Below, piece by piece: positions 40,270 through 50,014 of a DNA stretch of 64,000 bases. Numbering within the stretch: position 1 is the first letter of the stretch; every line of letters starts with the position of its first letter. Below the pieces are notes generated by a model. That model worked only from the letters and a program-made list of their open reading frames with translations, was not told the origin of the DNA and ran no database searches. The position numbers and the translations under genes were made by a program. The DNA comes from Armatimonadota bacterium. GTDB lineage: Bacteria; Armatimonadota; UBA5829; DTLH01. The stretch spans positions 1 through 64,000 of the forward strand of contig JBDKSP010000050.1 of NCBI GenBank assembly GCA_039680575.1, in the 5' to 3' direction.

Positions 40270-40420
40270 AATGTTTTACCGGCAGCGCATCCGATTGCAG
40301 CGCAGCATAATTGCAGGCATATAATTTAGTAAGCTAAAATCAGTTCGATTCATCACGAATATTTACCCCTTTGAGCTTTCAGCTAAGCTAAAGAGTTTTA
40401 GCTATAGCCGAAAATCCATA

Positions 40421-40513
40421 GATTCAGGGTCCATTTTCTTCCTGGATGCTGAGACAAGCTCAGCATGACGTTGTGATAATTCAGCATGATGTTGTACTCA
40501 TCAACTCTGAACT
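40421..40513 (-). repeat. REP/REPIN-like element family 1, copy B (truncated)
   Basis: Reverse complement aligns with 15925-16017. Confidence 0.85.
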
Positions 40514-40581
40514 TTACGTTTGTCTCACCCGCTGCCTTTCTGTATAATAATGATGTTTGGGCGGTTGAGATTTAGCGTGTC

Positions 40582-41379
40582 ATGGACGAAGAAGAGCAAG
40601 TAGATATATCCCCTGCGAGGTTCGGGAAAGCTATAAGAAAAGGTTTTTCCGAGGTATACGACCGGTTTGGCCTGGTGATTGCGGCAAGCCTTATCTGGGC
40701 GGTCATCATCGCTGTGCCTTTGGGTCTCGGATGGGAGCTTTGGCGGAGAAATCCATCTAAACCGTGGATCGTCCTTATTGGGATGATAGTTGCGGTGTTT
40801 ATTGGATCTCCGGTGCTTGCCGGCGTCTTCAGAATGGCCTACAAGGTCGTTTACCATGACGATCCCGGACTTGGCGACATCCTGACCGGCGCGCGCGAAC
40901 TTTTTTTGGCGAGTCTCAGCCTTGCGCTGATTGACATTGTGGTCATCTCGATGCTCGTGATCGACGCGATGTTTTTCATGGGGATGTTCGGCCCGCTCAA
41001 AGGGAAAGAAAACCTGGTTTTTTTTCTTGCAGGGATCTTATTCATATATCTGCTCGTTGCATGGCTGATGACGGTGCTTTACCAACTGCCTGTCCTTGCG
41101 TCGCAGAAACCGATGTGCCAGCGTGAAGGCGCGGCAGCGGCAATCAGGAAAAGCCTGATCCTCGCGGCGCATAACCCAGGGTTTACAATCGGCTTCTTTG
41201 TTGTTATACTCGGCTTTGGCATCCTTTGCGCGGTGAGCGTGTTTGGGATGCTGATTTTGTTTGCCGGGACGGTTTCCATGCTTTTGACTCACGCCTTGAG
41301 GGAGCTTTACATCCGCTACAAAGTGGTAGAAGAAGCCCCTGAGACAGTCGAAGACAAAGGCTGGAAGCTGAAAGAATAG
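40582..41379 (+). CDS. Multi-pass membrane protein (DUF624/YesL-like)
   Basis: About six hydrophobic segments; AIRKSLILAAHNPG pattern. Confidence 0.6.
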   Translation: MDEEEQVDISPARFGKAIRKGFSEVYDRFGLVIAASLIWAVIIAVPLGLGWELWRRNPSKPWIVLIGMIVAVFIGSPVLAGVFRMAYKVVYHDDPGLGDILTGARELFLASLSLALIDIVVISMLVIDAMFFMGMFGPLKGKENLVFFLAGILFIYLLVAWLMTVLYQLPVLASQKPMCQREGAAAAIRKSLILAAHNPGFTIGFFVVILGFGILCAVSVFGMLILFAGTVSMLLTHALRELYIRYKVVEEAPETVEDKGWKLKE

Positions 41380-41453
41380 TTTACGCGCTTAAAGTGCTGC
41401 GCGATTCGCGATATTGGTTGTGTAATTATAGATTTTACCTCGGAGATGGTGAA

Positions 41454-41693
41454 ATGGACTATTATCAATACATCGAGCGAAATGCAAAAATCTGCGGTGG
41501 GGAGCCGGTTTTTAAGGGCACGCGTGTTACTTTACGCACTGTGCTTGCCAGTCTGGCAGAAGGCACTGGCGTAAAAGAGATTTTAGAAAGCTTTCCAACA
41601 CTTACAGAGGAGCATGTGAAGGCTGCTGTAGCCTTCGCAGCTGCTTCAGCACAGGAAGATCTGCCTGTAGCTGAACTTCCTGATGTGGCATGA
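41454..41693 (+). CDS. DUF433 family antitoxin-like protein
   Basis: ICGGEPVFKGTRV..VL..LAEG..EILESFPTLT..V.AAV.FA; start moved to the ATG at 41454. Confidence 0.88.
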   Translation: MDYYQYIERNAKICGGEPVFKGTRVTLRTVLASLAEGTGVKEILESFPTLTEEHVKAAVAFAAASAQEDLPVAELPDVA

Positions 41694-41734
41694 GAATTAA
41701 TTATCGGAGAAACCGGGTCTGCCATGACCCATAA
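41690..41734 (+). pseudogene. Possible 5' remnant of a DUF5615/PIN toxin gene
   Basis: ATGA overlap with the antitoxin stop; ATG AGA ATT AA- TTA TCG GAG AAA resembles a frameshifted MRIKLDEN-type start. Confidence 0.35.
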
Positions 41735-41743
41735 CCTAAAAAC

Positions 41744-44392
41744 ATGACAAGTAGTGAACTTAGAACAGCATATCTGAAGTTTTTCGAGGGTAAAAAACAT
41801 CTTATCTATCCTAGTGACTCGCTCGTGCCGAACGATCCATCTCTTCTTTATACCGCAGCCGGGATGGTGCAGTTCAAGCCCTATTTCATAGGGGATAGAG
41901 TGCCGCCTGCGTCGAGAGTAGTCACGTCTCAGAAGTGTATGAGGACGGATGATGTCGAGGAAGTCGGCGATGCGGTGCATCACACTTTCTTCGAGATGCT
42001 CGGTAACTTCAGCTTCGGCGATTATTTCAAGCGCGAGGCAATCACCTGGGCATGGGAGTTCCTTATCGATGTCCTGAAGCTCAACCCGGACCATCTCTGG
42101 ACGAGTGTATATCTCGATGACGATGAGGCTTATGATATCTGGGTGAATGAGGTCGGCTTCCCGAAGGAAAGGATCGTGCGGCTCGGCGAGGACAAGAACT
42201 ACTGGCCTGCAAACGCACCTACCATGGGCCCGAACGGTCCATGCGGCCCCTGCAACGAGATATTCCTCGATGTGAACCCTGAAGCGGGCGCGCCTGCGGA
42301 CCCTGCATGGTCGATAGCCCACGACGGAAACCGGTTCGTCGAGATATGGAATCTGGTCTTCCAGCAGTTCGACCGCCAGGAGGACGGAACGCTCGACCCG
42401 CTTCCCACGAAGAATATCGATACTGGCATGGGGCTCGAGAGGACTATCGCTATCCTGAACAACGCTCAGTCGAACTATGATACCGACCTGTTCCAGCCGA
42501 TAGTGAAGGCAGTCGAGAAGATTACCGGCGCAAGTTACGGTAAAGATCAGGAAACCACGAGGGCTATCCGGGTTATAGTAGACCATATTCGGGGCGCGGT
42601 CTTTGCCATAGCCGACGGAGTTATGCCGTCGAACATCGGAAGAGGTTATGTGCTTCGCAGAATCATACGCCGGGCGGTGTTGAGGGGTAATTCTCTTGGC
42701 ATGGACAAGCCGTTCCTGCACGAACTGGTTGGAGTCGTTGCAGACTTGATGAAGGATGTCTACACTGAGCCGAAAGACAGGCAGGACTACGTTACCAGCC
42801 TCATCAAAGCAGAGGAAGAGAAGTTCCTCCGCACGCTGGATTCCGGCATGTCCCGGCTTATGCAGCAGATTGAAGATGTCAAAAAGGGCGGCGGGAACCT
42901 CCTTCCCGGCGATGCGGCGTTTTCACTTCATGACACCTATGGATTTCCGCTGGAGCTTACGCAGGAGATTGCCCAGTCCGAGGGAATAGAGGTAGATGCT
43001 GCAGGGTTCGAGACCGCTATGGAAGACCAGCGCAAGCGCGCGAAGGAATCGAGCGACTTTGCGGCATCGCTCTTCGGCGGCGGCAACGGTGCGATCCTTG
43101 AACTCGAGCAGACCGTTCCTGCTACGGAGTTCGTAGGCTATCGCAGTCTTGAGTCGGATGCTAAAGTTCTTGCCATACTCGAACGCGGCGAGCAGATCAG
43201 TGTGGCAAAAGAGGGCAGTTTAGTCGATTTAGTGCTGGACAAGACGCCGTTTTATGCAGAGTCCGGCGGCCAGGTGGGCGATGAAGGCCAGATGATGTCC
43301 CGCGGCGCAATGCTGAGAGTTAAGAACACTTTGAAGGCCGCGCACGTATTCTTACATGCGGTAGAGGTCGTTTCCGGCGAGATAAAGGTCGGTGACGATG
43401 TCCACGCTGAGGTCGATACAGAGCGGCGGATGGCTATTGCGCGGAATCACACGGCAACTCACCTCCTGCATGCGGCGCTCAGACATATTTTGGGACCGCA
43501 CGCGCTCCAGGCTGGTTCAGTTGTCGAACCCGGAAGGTTGAGGTTCGATTTTTCGCATTTCCAGGCGGTGTCCCCGGACGAGCTGAGGCAGATCGAGGAT
43601 GAGGTAAACGATAAGATCCTTGACGACATCCCTGTCGATGTCAGAGAGACCAATATAGACGAAGCCCGGCAGATGGGCGCGATGGCTCTCTTCGGTGAAA
43701 AATACGGAGAGCATGTCCGGGTGATGAAGGTCGGCGATTACAGCACGGAACTCTGCGGCGGGACACACCTCAGCAGGACATCGCAGGTCGGCCTCTTTAA
43801 GCTGGTGAGCGAGTCGAGTGTCGGCGCGGGCTTGAGAAGGATCGAGGCTGTGACCGGAAACGGCGCAGTGCAGCATGTCCATGATATAGAAGACCTGCTC
43901 CGTGAGGTGTCGGAAAAACTAGGAGCCTCGCCGCTTGAAGCAGCTTCGGCTGTTGAACGGCTTCAGACAAACCTTAAGGAGACCCAGCGGAAGATCGAAC
44001 AGATCCAGGCTAAATCGGCTGCGGAGCAGTCACAGGAACTTGCGGCGGCGGCTCATGACATATCCGGTGTAAGTCTGGTTGCGAGCAAGGTCCAGACGAC
44101 GAACGCCCAGGTACTGAGCGCTCTCGCAGACGGTATTGCCGACAAGCTGAAGTCCGGTGTTGTGGTGCTCGGTGGAGTGGGCGACGGCAAGGTGCTCTTT
44201 ATCAGCAAAGTGACACCTGATCTCGTTAAGCGAGGGTTCCATGCCGGAAACCTGATCCGTGAAGTTGCGAAAGTCGCTGGCGGCGGCGGCGGCGGAAGGC
44301 CGGAGTTCGCCCAGGCCGGCGGTAAAGATGCATCGAAAGTCGATGAAGCACTGCAGACGGCAGTCGATCTGGTCCGTAAGCAAGCAGGATAG
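41744..44392 (+). CDS. alaS: Alanine--tRNA ligase
   Basis: HHTFFEMLGNFSFGDYFK, DTGMGLER, TPFYAESGGQ, NHTATHLLH, ELCGGTH, GGGRPEFAQAGG. Confidence 0.98.
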   Translation: MTSSELRTAYLKFFEGKKHLIYPSDSLVPNDPSLLYTAAGMVQFKPYFIGDRVPPASRVVTSQKCMRTDDVEEVGDAVHHTFFEMLGNFSFGDYFKREAITWAWEFLIDVLKLNPDHLWTSVYLDDDEAYDIWVNEVGFPKERIVRLGEDKNYWPANAPTMGPNGPCGPCNEIFLDVNPEAGAPADPAWSIAHDGNRFVEIWNLVFQQFDRQEDGTLDPLPTKNIDTGMGLERTIAILNNAQSNYDTDLFQPIVKAVEKITGASYGKDQETTRAIRVIVDHIRGAVFAIADGVMPSNIGRGYVLRRIIRRAVLRGNSLGMDKPFLHELVGVVADLMKDVYTEPKDRQDYVTSLIKAEEEKFLRTLDSGMSRLMQQIEDVKKGGGNLLPGDAAFSLHDTYGFPLELTQEIAQSEGIEVDAAGFETAMEDQRKRAKESSDFAASLFGGGNGAILELEQTVPATEFVGYRSLESDAKVLAILERGEQISVAKEGSLVDLVLDKTPFYAESGGQVGDEGQMMSRGAMLRVKNTLKAAHVFLHAVEVVSGEIKVGDDVHAEVDTERRMAIARNHTATHLLHAALRHILGPHALQAGSVVEPGRLRFDFSHFQAVSPDELRQIEDEVNDKILDDIPVDVRETNIDEARQMGAMALFGEKYGEHVRVMKVGDYSTELCGGTHLSRTSQVGLFKLVSESSVGAGLRRIEAVTGNGAVQHVHDIEDLLREVSEKLGASPLEAASAVERLQTNLKETQRKIEQIQAKSAAEQSQELAAAAHDISGVSLVASKVQTTNAQVLSALADGIADKLKSGVVVLGGVGDGKVLFISKVTPDLVKRGFHAGNLIREVAKVAGGGGGGRPEFAQAGGKDASKVDEALQTAVDLVRKQAG

Positions 44393-44404
44393 GGAACAGA
44401 AAAA

Positions 44405-44558
44405 GTTAACAGCTACCAGCTTTTGAAACGCGGGTTATGCGATATAACGGATTTCGCGGATGGTGAAAATTTACAGCACCTAACCCTATGCTTCGGGATC
44501 GCAGTTCATCCCGAAGCACAAATCTTCGCCAATCCCCTCCCTGCTGAAAGCTGAAAAC
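44405..44558. repeat. Composite intergenic element homologous to 20513-20625, with an inserted TGCTTCGGGA..TCCCGAAGCA hairpin
   Basis: Collinear TTTTGAA.CGCGG..TCGCGGA.GGTG..TTTACAGCA..TATGCT..ACAA.TCT.C.CCAATC. Confidence 0.7.
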
Positions 44559-44566
44559 TAGTAAAA

Positions 44567-46801
44567 ATGTCTGTAATACGTAATTACATTCTTCTCGTTT
44601 TGGCGCTCGCAGCGCTGGCATTACCTGTAGAGGGCGCTTCCCCGCGTCCGAAGGTCGTGCTCGTCATCGCCGACTACATAACCCTGTCGGACCTTCTGGA
44701 CAGCAAGCTGCCCGGCATTCACAAGTTGACCTCTGAAGGCGCTATCGGGCTGATCTGTCCCGGAACGACCGGGGCAGGATCGGTTCAATCTTGTTATGCA
44801 TCCGTTAGCGCCGGGTCCTATTGTTGGGCTGGAAATGATGTGGATCAGGCGTACTCCAGCTTCGAGCTGCTGGAGGATGAAGATGAGCAGGGACCAGCTG
44901 GAGTGGTATTTCAGCGCCGGACGGGTTTGCACAGCATGCCTGCCGTCGTACAGCTCGAAGTCCCGTTGCTTGATAGTGTAAATCTGGAAAAGAGGACTAA
45001 CTCACTTCCAGGTGCCCTTGGAGATATACTCTACAAAGACGGTAAAAAGGCCGCTGTTTTTGGTAACTCTGATCTAGCCGATAAAAAACGCCGCAGAGCC
45101 GCTATCATAGCGGCGAACGGCGTCGGTTCAGTTGCCACAGGCGACATCAGCTTCCGTGTGCTCCGCCGCGACCCGCTCAGCCCGACGGGTTTTGTTACGG
45201 ATTCAGCGAAACTCGCATCCGCCGTCGATGGCGCGCTCGAATCAGTCGATTTTGTCGTCGCAGATTTTGGAGATACAGCCCGGGTCGAACTGAATAAGAC
45301 CAATCTTTCTGACTATGCCTATTCCAAGCAGCGCGCAAAGGCGCTTAGGAACCTGGACTCATTTCTGACAAGGATTTTGAAGGCTGAAACTGGACAGGAA
45401 ACGATAATCCTGGCGTCGATGGCCGCCAAAGTACCGGAACGCGGAGAGAAGTCCCGGCTTGCCCCGATAGTTATCTTCCGACCCGGTAGTCCGGGCGGCA
45501 GCCTCATATCCGCTACTACGCGAACACCGGGACTCGTATCCGGTTTCGACATTGCGCCGACGGTGCTCGCATCGCTTGATCTGGCTAAGCCTTCGAGGAT
45601 GGTCGGTACGCCCATAACTATGGTTTCTGGCAGAGAAAGCCGGATCAGATGGCTCGATAACCTGGTACTGCTTTGCAGAGAAGCAGTCTGGCCTGTGCTT
45701 GGAGTGCTTGCCGCAATAGGTATTGCCGCCATTACAGCCGCAGGTGCCGTTATAGCCCTTGGGAAAGCTGTATCGGAAAGAGTGGGGGCTGTACTGAAAG
45801 TGCTCCTGGTCGCGACGATGTCCAGTCCGCTTGCTATGTTTTTCGCTGTGCCTGGGAGCCCGTCCGTAGTTCCCTACGCATTGAGGCTCAGTGCCTGGGT
45901 GATCGCACTGACTGCAGCCGCGTTTGGTATGAGTGGTTTACTGAAACGCGCGCTGGGGGATAGGATCAACCGACTGCCAGGAGCGCTTCCGATAGTGACG
46001 CTGGCGCTTATTACGACTATCGTTTTGTTCATCGAAGCCTGTCGCGGCGGACAGTTGATAAGGTTTGCCCTTCCTAGTGTCGCGGACTTTCGCGGTTACA
46101 GGTTTTACGGGGTCGGCAACGAATACATGGGTGTCTGGCTGGGCTGCGCGCTTGTCGCGATAGTCTGGCTGAGAGAATGCTTCCCTGGATGGAGATCCAG
46201 CAGCCGAGGAAAGTCCATAACGATTGCGGCCTCCGTGGCCGTAGTGCTTGGACTGGGAATTCCGGCTTTCGGCGCTAACGCCGGAGGGGCGATTGCTGCC
46301 ATTGTCGGGCTTGGCACGGTATATATATCCGGGTTGAAGGACAGGTTCGGAGCGCGCGATATAGTAATGCTTGTCGTCTTGGGCGGTCTGGTTGTCACAT
46401 TCATAGGGCTGATGGACACGTTGTTGTCCCGCGGCGGTCAATCCCATATAGGCCTGGCTGCGTCCGTCGGGAGCAGGGGAGGGTATATGCTTCTTTGCTC
46501 CACTATCGTGAGGAAGCTGTCGATGAATGTCAGTCTGATAGGCACTCCGCAGTCACAAATGGCCATGATCGGTGCGATACCGTTTTTTTTCCTCTGGTTT
46601 TCTTCGATTGGAAAGAAGATCGATAAGTTGTACGCAGGCAGGCCGGCATTTCGATCAGGTATAGCCGCAACGATCGTTGGGGCTGGCGCGGCGTTTCTAT
46701 TCAATGACTCAGGCATAGTCGCCGGAGGGCTCATATTCGGTTTTCTCGTACTGGCAGTCCTTTACTCGCTTCTGGACAGTCTGGAACCCGCGTGTCCATG
46801 A
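44567..46801 (+). CDS. Conserved membrane protein with extracytoplasmic alkaline-phosphatase-like N-terminal domain and about 10 TM helices
   Basis: Signal peptide; KVVLVIAD and TTRTPGLVS..DIAPTVL; hydrophobic C-terminal half with RFYGVGNE, GANAGG and NDSG. Confidence 0.6.
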   Translation: MSVIRNYILLVLALAALALPVEGASPRPKVVLVIADYITLSDLLDSKLPGIHKLTSEGAIGLICPGTTGAGSVQSCYASVSAGSYCWAGNDVDQAYSSFELLEDEDEQGPAGVVFQRRTGLHSMPAVVQLEVPLLDSVNLEKRTNSLPGALGDILYKDGKKAAVFGNSDLADKKRRRAAIIAANGVGSVATGDISFRVLRRDPLSPTGFVTDSAKLASAVDGALESVDFVVADFGDTARVELNKTNLSDYAYSKQRAKALRNLDSFLTRILKAETGQETIILASMAAKVPERGEKSRLAPIVIFRPGSPGGSLISATTRTPGLVSGFDIAPTVLASLDLAKPSRMVGTPITMVSGRESRIRWLDNLVLLCREAVWPVLGVLAAIGIAAITAAGAVIALGKAVSERVGAVLKVLLVATMSSPLAMFFAVPGSPSVVPYALRLSAWVIALTAAAFGMSGLLKRALGDRINRLPGALPIVTLALITTIVLFIEACRGGQLIRFALPSVADFRGYRFYGVGNEYMGVWLGCALVAIVWLRECFPGWRSSSRGKSITIAASVAVVLGLGIPAFGANAGGAIAAIVGLGTVYISGLKDRFGARDIVMLVVLGGLVVTFIGLMDTLLSRGGQSHIGLAASVGSRGGYMLLCSTIVRKLSMNVSLIGTPQSQMAMIGAIPFFFLWFSSIGKKIDKLYAGRPAFRSGIAATIVGAGAAFLFNDSGIVAGGLIFGFLVLAVLYSLLDSLEPACP

Positions 46802-47220
46802 AACTGATGGGGCTGGATGTCGGTGAAAAGCGGATCGGCGTTGCCTTGAGCGATGATACGGGCTCGTTTGCATTCCCCTTTACGACAATCGTGCGTACGG
46901 TGAGCGAAAAAGCCGATCTCAGGTCGATTGTTTGTGTAATTGAAGAAGAGAATGTCTCAAAGGTAATAGTCGGAATCCCGATAATGCTGAGTGGACAGGA
47001 AGCAGTGCAGGCGGAAAAGATCCGCGCATTTGCCGGTAAACTTGCGAGAAGGCTCAGGATTCCGCTGGAGTATTGGGATGAGCGGTACTCGACTGCGGAA
47101 GCTGAACGGCTGCTTATTGATGCAGGTAAAAGCCGTGAAGCGAGGAAAAATATAATTGATAAGACTGCAGCGGCAGTCATTCTCCAGAGCTACATAGAAG
47201 CAAAAGGAAACGATAGTTGA
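46798..47220 (+). CDS. ruvX: RuvX/YqgF family nuclease
   Basis: GLDVGEKRIGVALSD, VGIP, WDERYST, IDKTAAAVILQSY. Confidence 0.93.
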   Translation: MKLMGLDVGEKRIGVALSDDTGSFAFPFTTIVRTVSEKADLRSIVCVIEEENVSKVIVGIPIMLSGQEAVQAEKIRAFAGKLARRLRIPLEYWDERYSTAEAERLLIDAGKSREARKNIIDKTAAAVILQSYIEAKGNDS

Positions 47221-48260
47221 GACTCATTCTGGAATACGTACGCGAAGGACGAAATTATCTGATAACACTCCTGGTGCTGATCGTTCTGGTGCTGGGTTCG
47301 CTTTTTTATCTCGGAGCGCCGGTCGGAGGCAGCACGGCTCCGGTTATGGTTATTGTGCCGAAAGGCGCGACTGCCGCAGAGGTCGGCAGCAGACTTAAGG
47401 AAACCGGCCTGGTGCGGTCCGCGCTTGGTTTCAGTGTAATTGCACGCGCCTGCGAGGAGGCCGGTAAGCTAAAACCGGGCGAATACCGGTTCAACAGGTC
47501 GATGTCGGTCCGGCGGATGCTGGATGCGATGGTCCGTGGCGATATCGCCGCTGTGTGGGTCACTGTCCCGGAAGGGTTTACGGCGCAGCAGTTGGCCAAG
47601 CGGCTGGCGGACAAGCGGTTGGTGAATGAAAGCGAGTTTCTGACGATTGTTACCGCCTGTGCAGGAGACTTTAAGGATATAGTCTTAGTGCCTTCTTCGG
47701 GGCTCGAAGGTTATCTGTTCCCGGACACTTATCTGGTCCCGCTGAATGCCGGCTCACGAGAGATCGTCACGCAGATGCTCAAGGCCTTCAAGTCGCGGGT
47801 GGCCGATCCCTTATCTCCTGAGATTGAGCAGATCGCCGCCGGCGCTGATGCTGAATCAAAAGGGCAGGCGCTGAACAGGATCATAATCGTGGCTTCCCTG
47901 ATAGAGCGTGAAGCGCGGGTTCCCAAGGACCGCGCCCTTATCTCCGCAGTCATCTGGAACAGGCTGCGGATCGGCATGAAGCTCGATATAGACGCTACTG
48001 TGCAATATGCGCTGGGAGAGCATCGGGAACGCTTGTATAACAAAGACCTTGCCGTCGAATCTCCATATAATACTTATACTCACCCCGGCCTGCCTCCGGG
48101 ACCGATTGCAAATCCCGGTATCGAGTCCATTAAAGCCGCGCTTCATCCTGAAAAGGTCGATTATCTCTACTATGTCGCCCGGTCGGATGGCTCTCATATC
48201 TTCTCAAAAACGCTTTCTGAACATGATGCCGCCAGACGGCGCGTAAGAAATGGAGGCTGA
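47217..48260 (+). CDS. mltG: Endolytic transglycosylase MltG
   Basis: One TM helix; VTVPEG, LEGYLFPDTY, ASLIEREA, SPYNTY..GLPPGPIANPG. Confidence 0.95.
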   Translation: MRLILEYVREGRNYLITLLVLIVLVLGSLFYLGAPVGGSTAPVMVIVPKGATAAEVGSRLKETGLVRSALGFSVIARACEEAGKLKPGEYRFNRSMSVRRMLDAMVRGDIAAVWVTVPEGFTAQQLAKRLADKRLVNESEFLTIVTACAGDFKDIVLVPSSGLEGYLFPDTYLVPLNAGSREIVTQMLKAFKSRVADPLSPEIEQIAAGADAESKGQALNRIIIVASLIEREARVPKDRALISAVIWNRLRIGMKLDIDATVQYALGEHRERLYNKDLAVESPYNTYTHPGLPPGPIANPGIESIKAALHPEKVDYLYYVARSDGSHIFSKTLSEHDAARRRVRNGG

Positions 48261-48262
48261 CT

Positions 48263-48817
48263 CTGAAAAAGCTGATAGACATCCTCTGTCCGGGGATGTA
48301 CGTCTCATCTCTCGCGGATGTAGACCTGGATGACCTGGTCTCACGCGGGATCAAGGCTATTATGCTTGATCTGGACAATACGATCCTGCCCTGGAAGGAC
48401 CGTATTGCGCCCGTACAGTCAGCTGAATGGGTTCGAAATGCGCTGGACCTGGGAATCAAGCTCTGTATAGCCTCAAATACCCGCAATCCCGGAAGACTTC
48501 GCGCTGTAGCCGGGGAATTGGGGATACCCTGCAGGGATAAGCTCATCAAACCCAGGAGAAAAGGGCTGCGTGAGGTTATGGAATCGATGGGAGCGACTCC
48601 TGAGACGACCGCTATAATCGGAGACCAGATATTGACGGATATAATAGGGGGGAACAGGCTCTCTATTCTGACGATCCTTGTAAAACCGATGCATGATAAA
48701 GAGTTTATCGGGACCAAGTTCAGCAGACTGCTGGAACACCGGATAATGGCATGGCTTTCGAAGAAAGGCATGCTTGGAACAAAGGTGTCGAACAAAGCGT
48801 CTGAAATACAGGAATAA
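48263..48817 (+). CDS. yqeG: YqeG family HAD IIIA phosphatase
   Basis: DLDNTI, SN, KP, IGDQILTDIIGGNRL; probable CTG start at 48263 (first ATG is 48296). Confidence 0.88.
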   Translation: MKKLIDILCPGMYVSSLADVDLDDLVSRGIKAIMLDLDNTILPWKDRIAPVQSAEWVRNALDLGIKLCIASNTRNPGRLRAVAGELGIPCRDKLIKPRRKGLREVMESMGATPETTAIIGDQILTDIIGGNRLSILTILVKPMHDKEFIGTKFSRLLEHRIMAWLSKKGMLGTKVSNKASEIQE

Positions 48818-48820
48818 AAG

Positions 48821-49678
48821 GTGTTCGTATCAGGCAAGACTAAGGTTTTTGGAGTGTTCGGCCACCCGGTCGGACACAGTCTGTCTCCGGCGATGCATAA
48901 CGCCGCTATCGAGTCTCTTGGCCTGAATTATGTTTATGTTCCGTTCGATGTGACGCCTGAGTATCTTCCGCAGGCTCTTTCAGGGGTCCGCGCACTTGGA
49001 GTATCAGGCGTTAATGTTACGATACCTCATAAAGAGGCTGTGATCGAGCTTCTTGACGAGGTTGTGGGCGATGCCCGCGAAGTCGGTTCGGTCAATACGA
49101 TAATCAATATTGATGGAAGACTGACAGGAACCAGCACCGATGGAGCCGGTTTTTTAAGATCGCTCGAAGGATCGGGGTTTTCCCCCAAAGGAAAGACCGC
49201 GGTCGTTATTGGAGCCGGTGGGTCCGGCAGAGCGGTAACATTTGCATTGGCAAAAGCCGGAGCAAAAGTAACGGTATTTAGCCGATCATTGACAAAGGCT
49301 GAACGGCTGGCGGAGGATATCAGGTCTCTGGGCATGGAGTGCTGTGCAGGAGATATTTCCAGTCTCCAATCTTCCGGTTCGGGGCTTGAAACTGATTTAC
49401 TGGTGAATTGCACGCCGGTCGGAATGTATCCCGACAGCGGGAAGACACCTGTTCCGGCGGAAGTGCTTAGGCGAGGTATTGTTGTATGCGATCTCGTATA
49501 TAACCCGGTCAAGACCCCCCTCCTCGAAGCCGCGGAAGCCAGAGGGGCGCGAACCGTAAGCGGGCTCGATATGCTTGTTTACCAGGGAGCGTTGTCATTT
49601 AAGATATGGACGGGTATCGAACCTTCGATCCATACGATGAAAGCCGCTCTTATGAAGCGGCTGGGCAGCAGTAGGTAA
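48821..49678 (+). CDS. aroE: Shikimate dehydrogenase
   Basis: GHPVGHSLSPAMHN, NVTIPHK, VNT, GAGG, NCTPVGM, DLVYNP, MLVYQG. Confidence 0.95.
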   Translation: MFVSGKTKVFGVFGHPVGHSLSPAMHNAAIESLGLNYVYVPFDVTPEYLPQALSGVRALGVSGVNVTIPHKEAVIELLDEVVGDAREVGSVNTIINIDGRLTGTSTDGAGFLRSLEGSGFSPKGKTAVVIGAGGSGRAVTFALAKAGAKVTVFSRSLTKAERLAEDIRSLGMECCAGDISSLQSSGSGLETDLLVNCTPVGMYPDSGKTPVPAEVLRRGIVVCDLVYNPVKTPLLEAAEARGARTVSGLDMLVYQGALSFKIWTGIEPSIHTMKAALMKRLGSSR

Positions 49679-49700
49679 GAGTTCACTCTTGCAAGAATTA

Positions 49701-49833
49701 TATATCATCCTGAACAATCAGCACGTCACCCTGAACTTGATTCAGGGTCCATAATCTTCCTGGATTCCGAGTCAAGCTCGGAATGACGTTGTGATAATTC
49801 AGCATGATGTTGTAATCATCAACCTGAACTCTT
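49701..49833 (-). repeat. REP/REPIN-like element family 1, copy C (most complete)
   Basis: Two inverted inner hairpins (GTCATTCCGAG-CTTGA-CTCGGAATCC and ACCCTGAA-TCAAG-TTCAGGGT) inside imperfect outer arms. Confidence 0.85.
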
Positions 49834-50014
49834 ATAGCAGTAGCCGGTAGAGACTGTTTAATGCTATAATCTATAATTAATGGCTCATATTTACCGCAGG
49901 CTACTGTGGATAACCATATCGAAGGTTCTGCCCCGGGATACGCATGGCGCAAAAGGGAGTTCCTTTTGTTCCGTTGATTTTTATCTTCGAGGGGTATGGA
50001 GAGGTGCTTAAGCA

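Noticed and set aside
41465..42721. 418-aa minus-strand ORF
   Set aside because: Antisense to the DUF433 gene and alaS
48103..48116. GATTGCAAATC inside mltG
   Set aside because: Encodes the conserved PIANPG motif, so the match to the hairpin family is coincidental
49905..49913. Perfect DnaA box (TGTGGATAA) upstream of pilB
   Set aside because: A single box with no cluster or dnaA context; can occur by chance in 64 kb
49915..50000. Possible c-di-GMP riboswitch in the pilB leader
   Set aside because: GCAAA is present, but I could not build the GNRA tetraloop/receptor and P1-P2 structure
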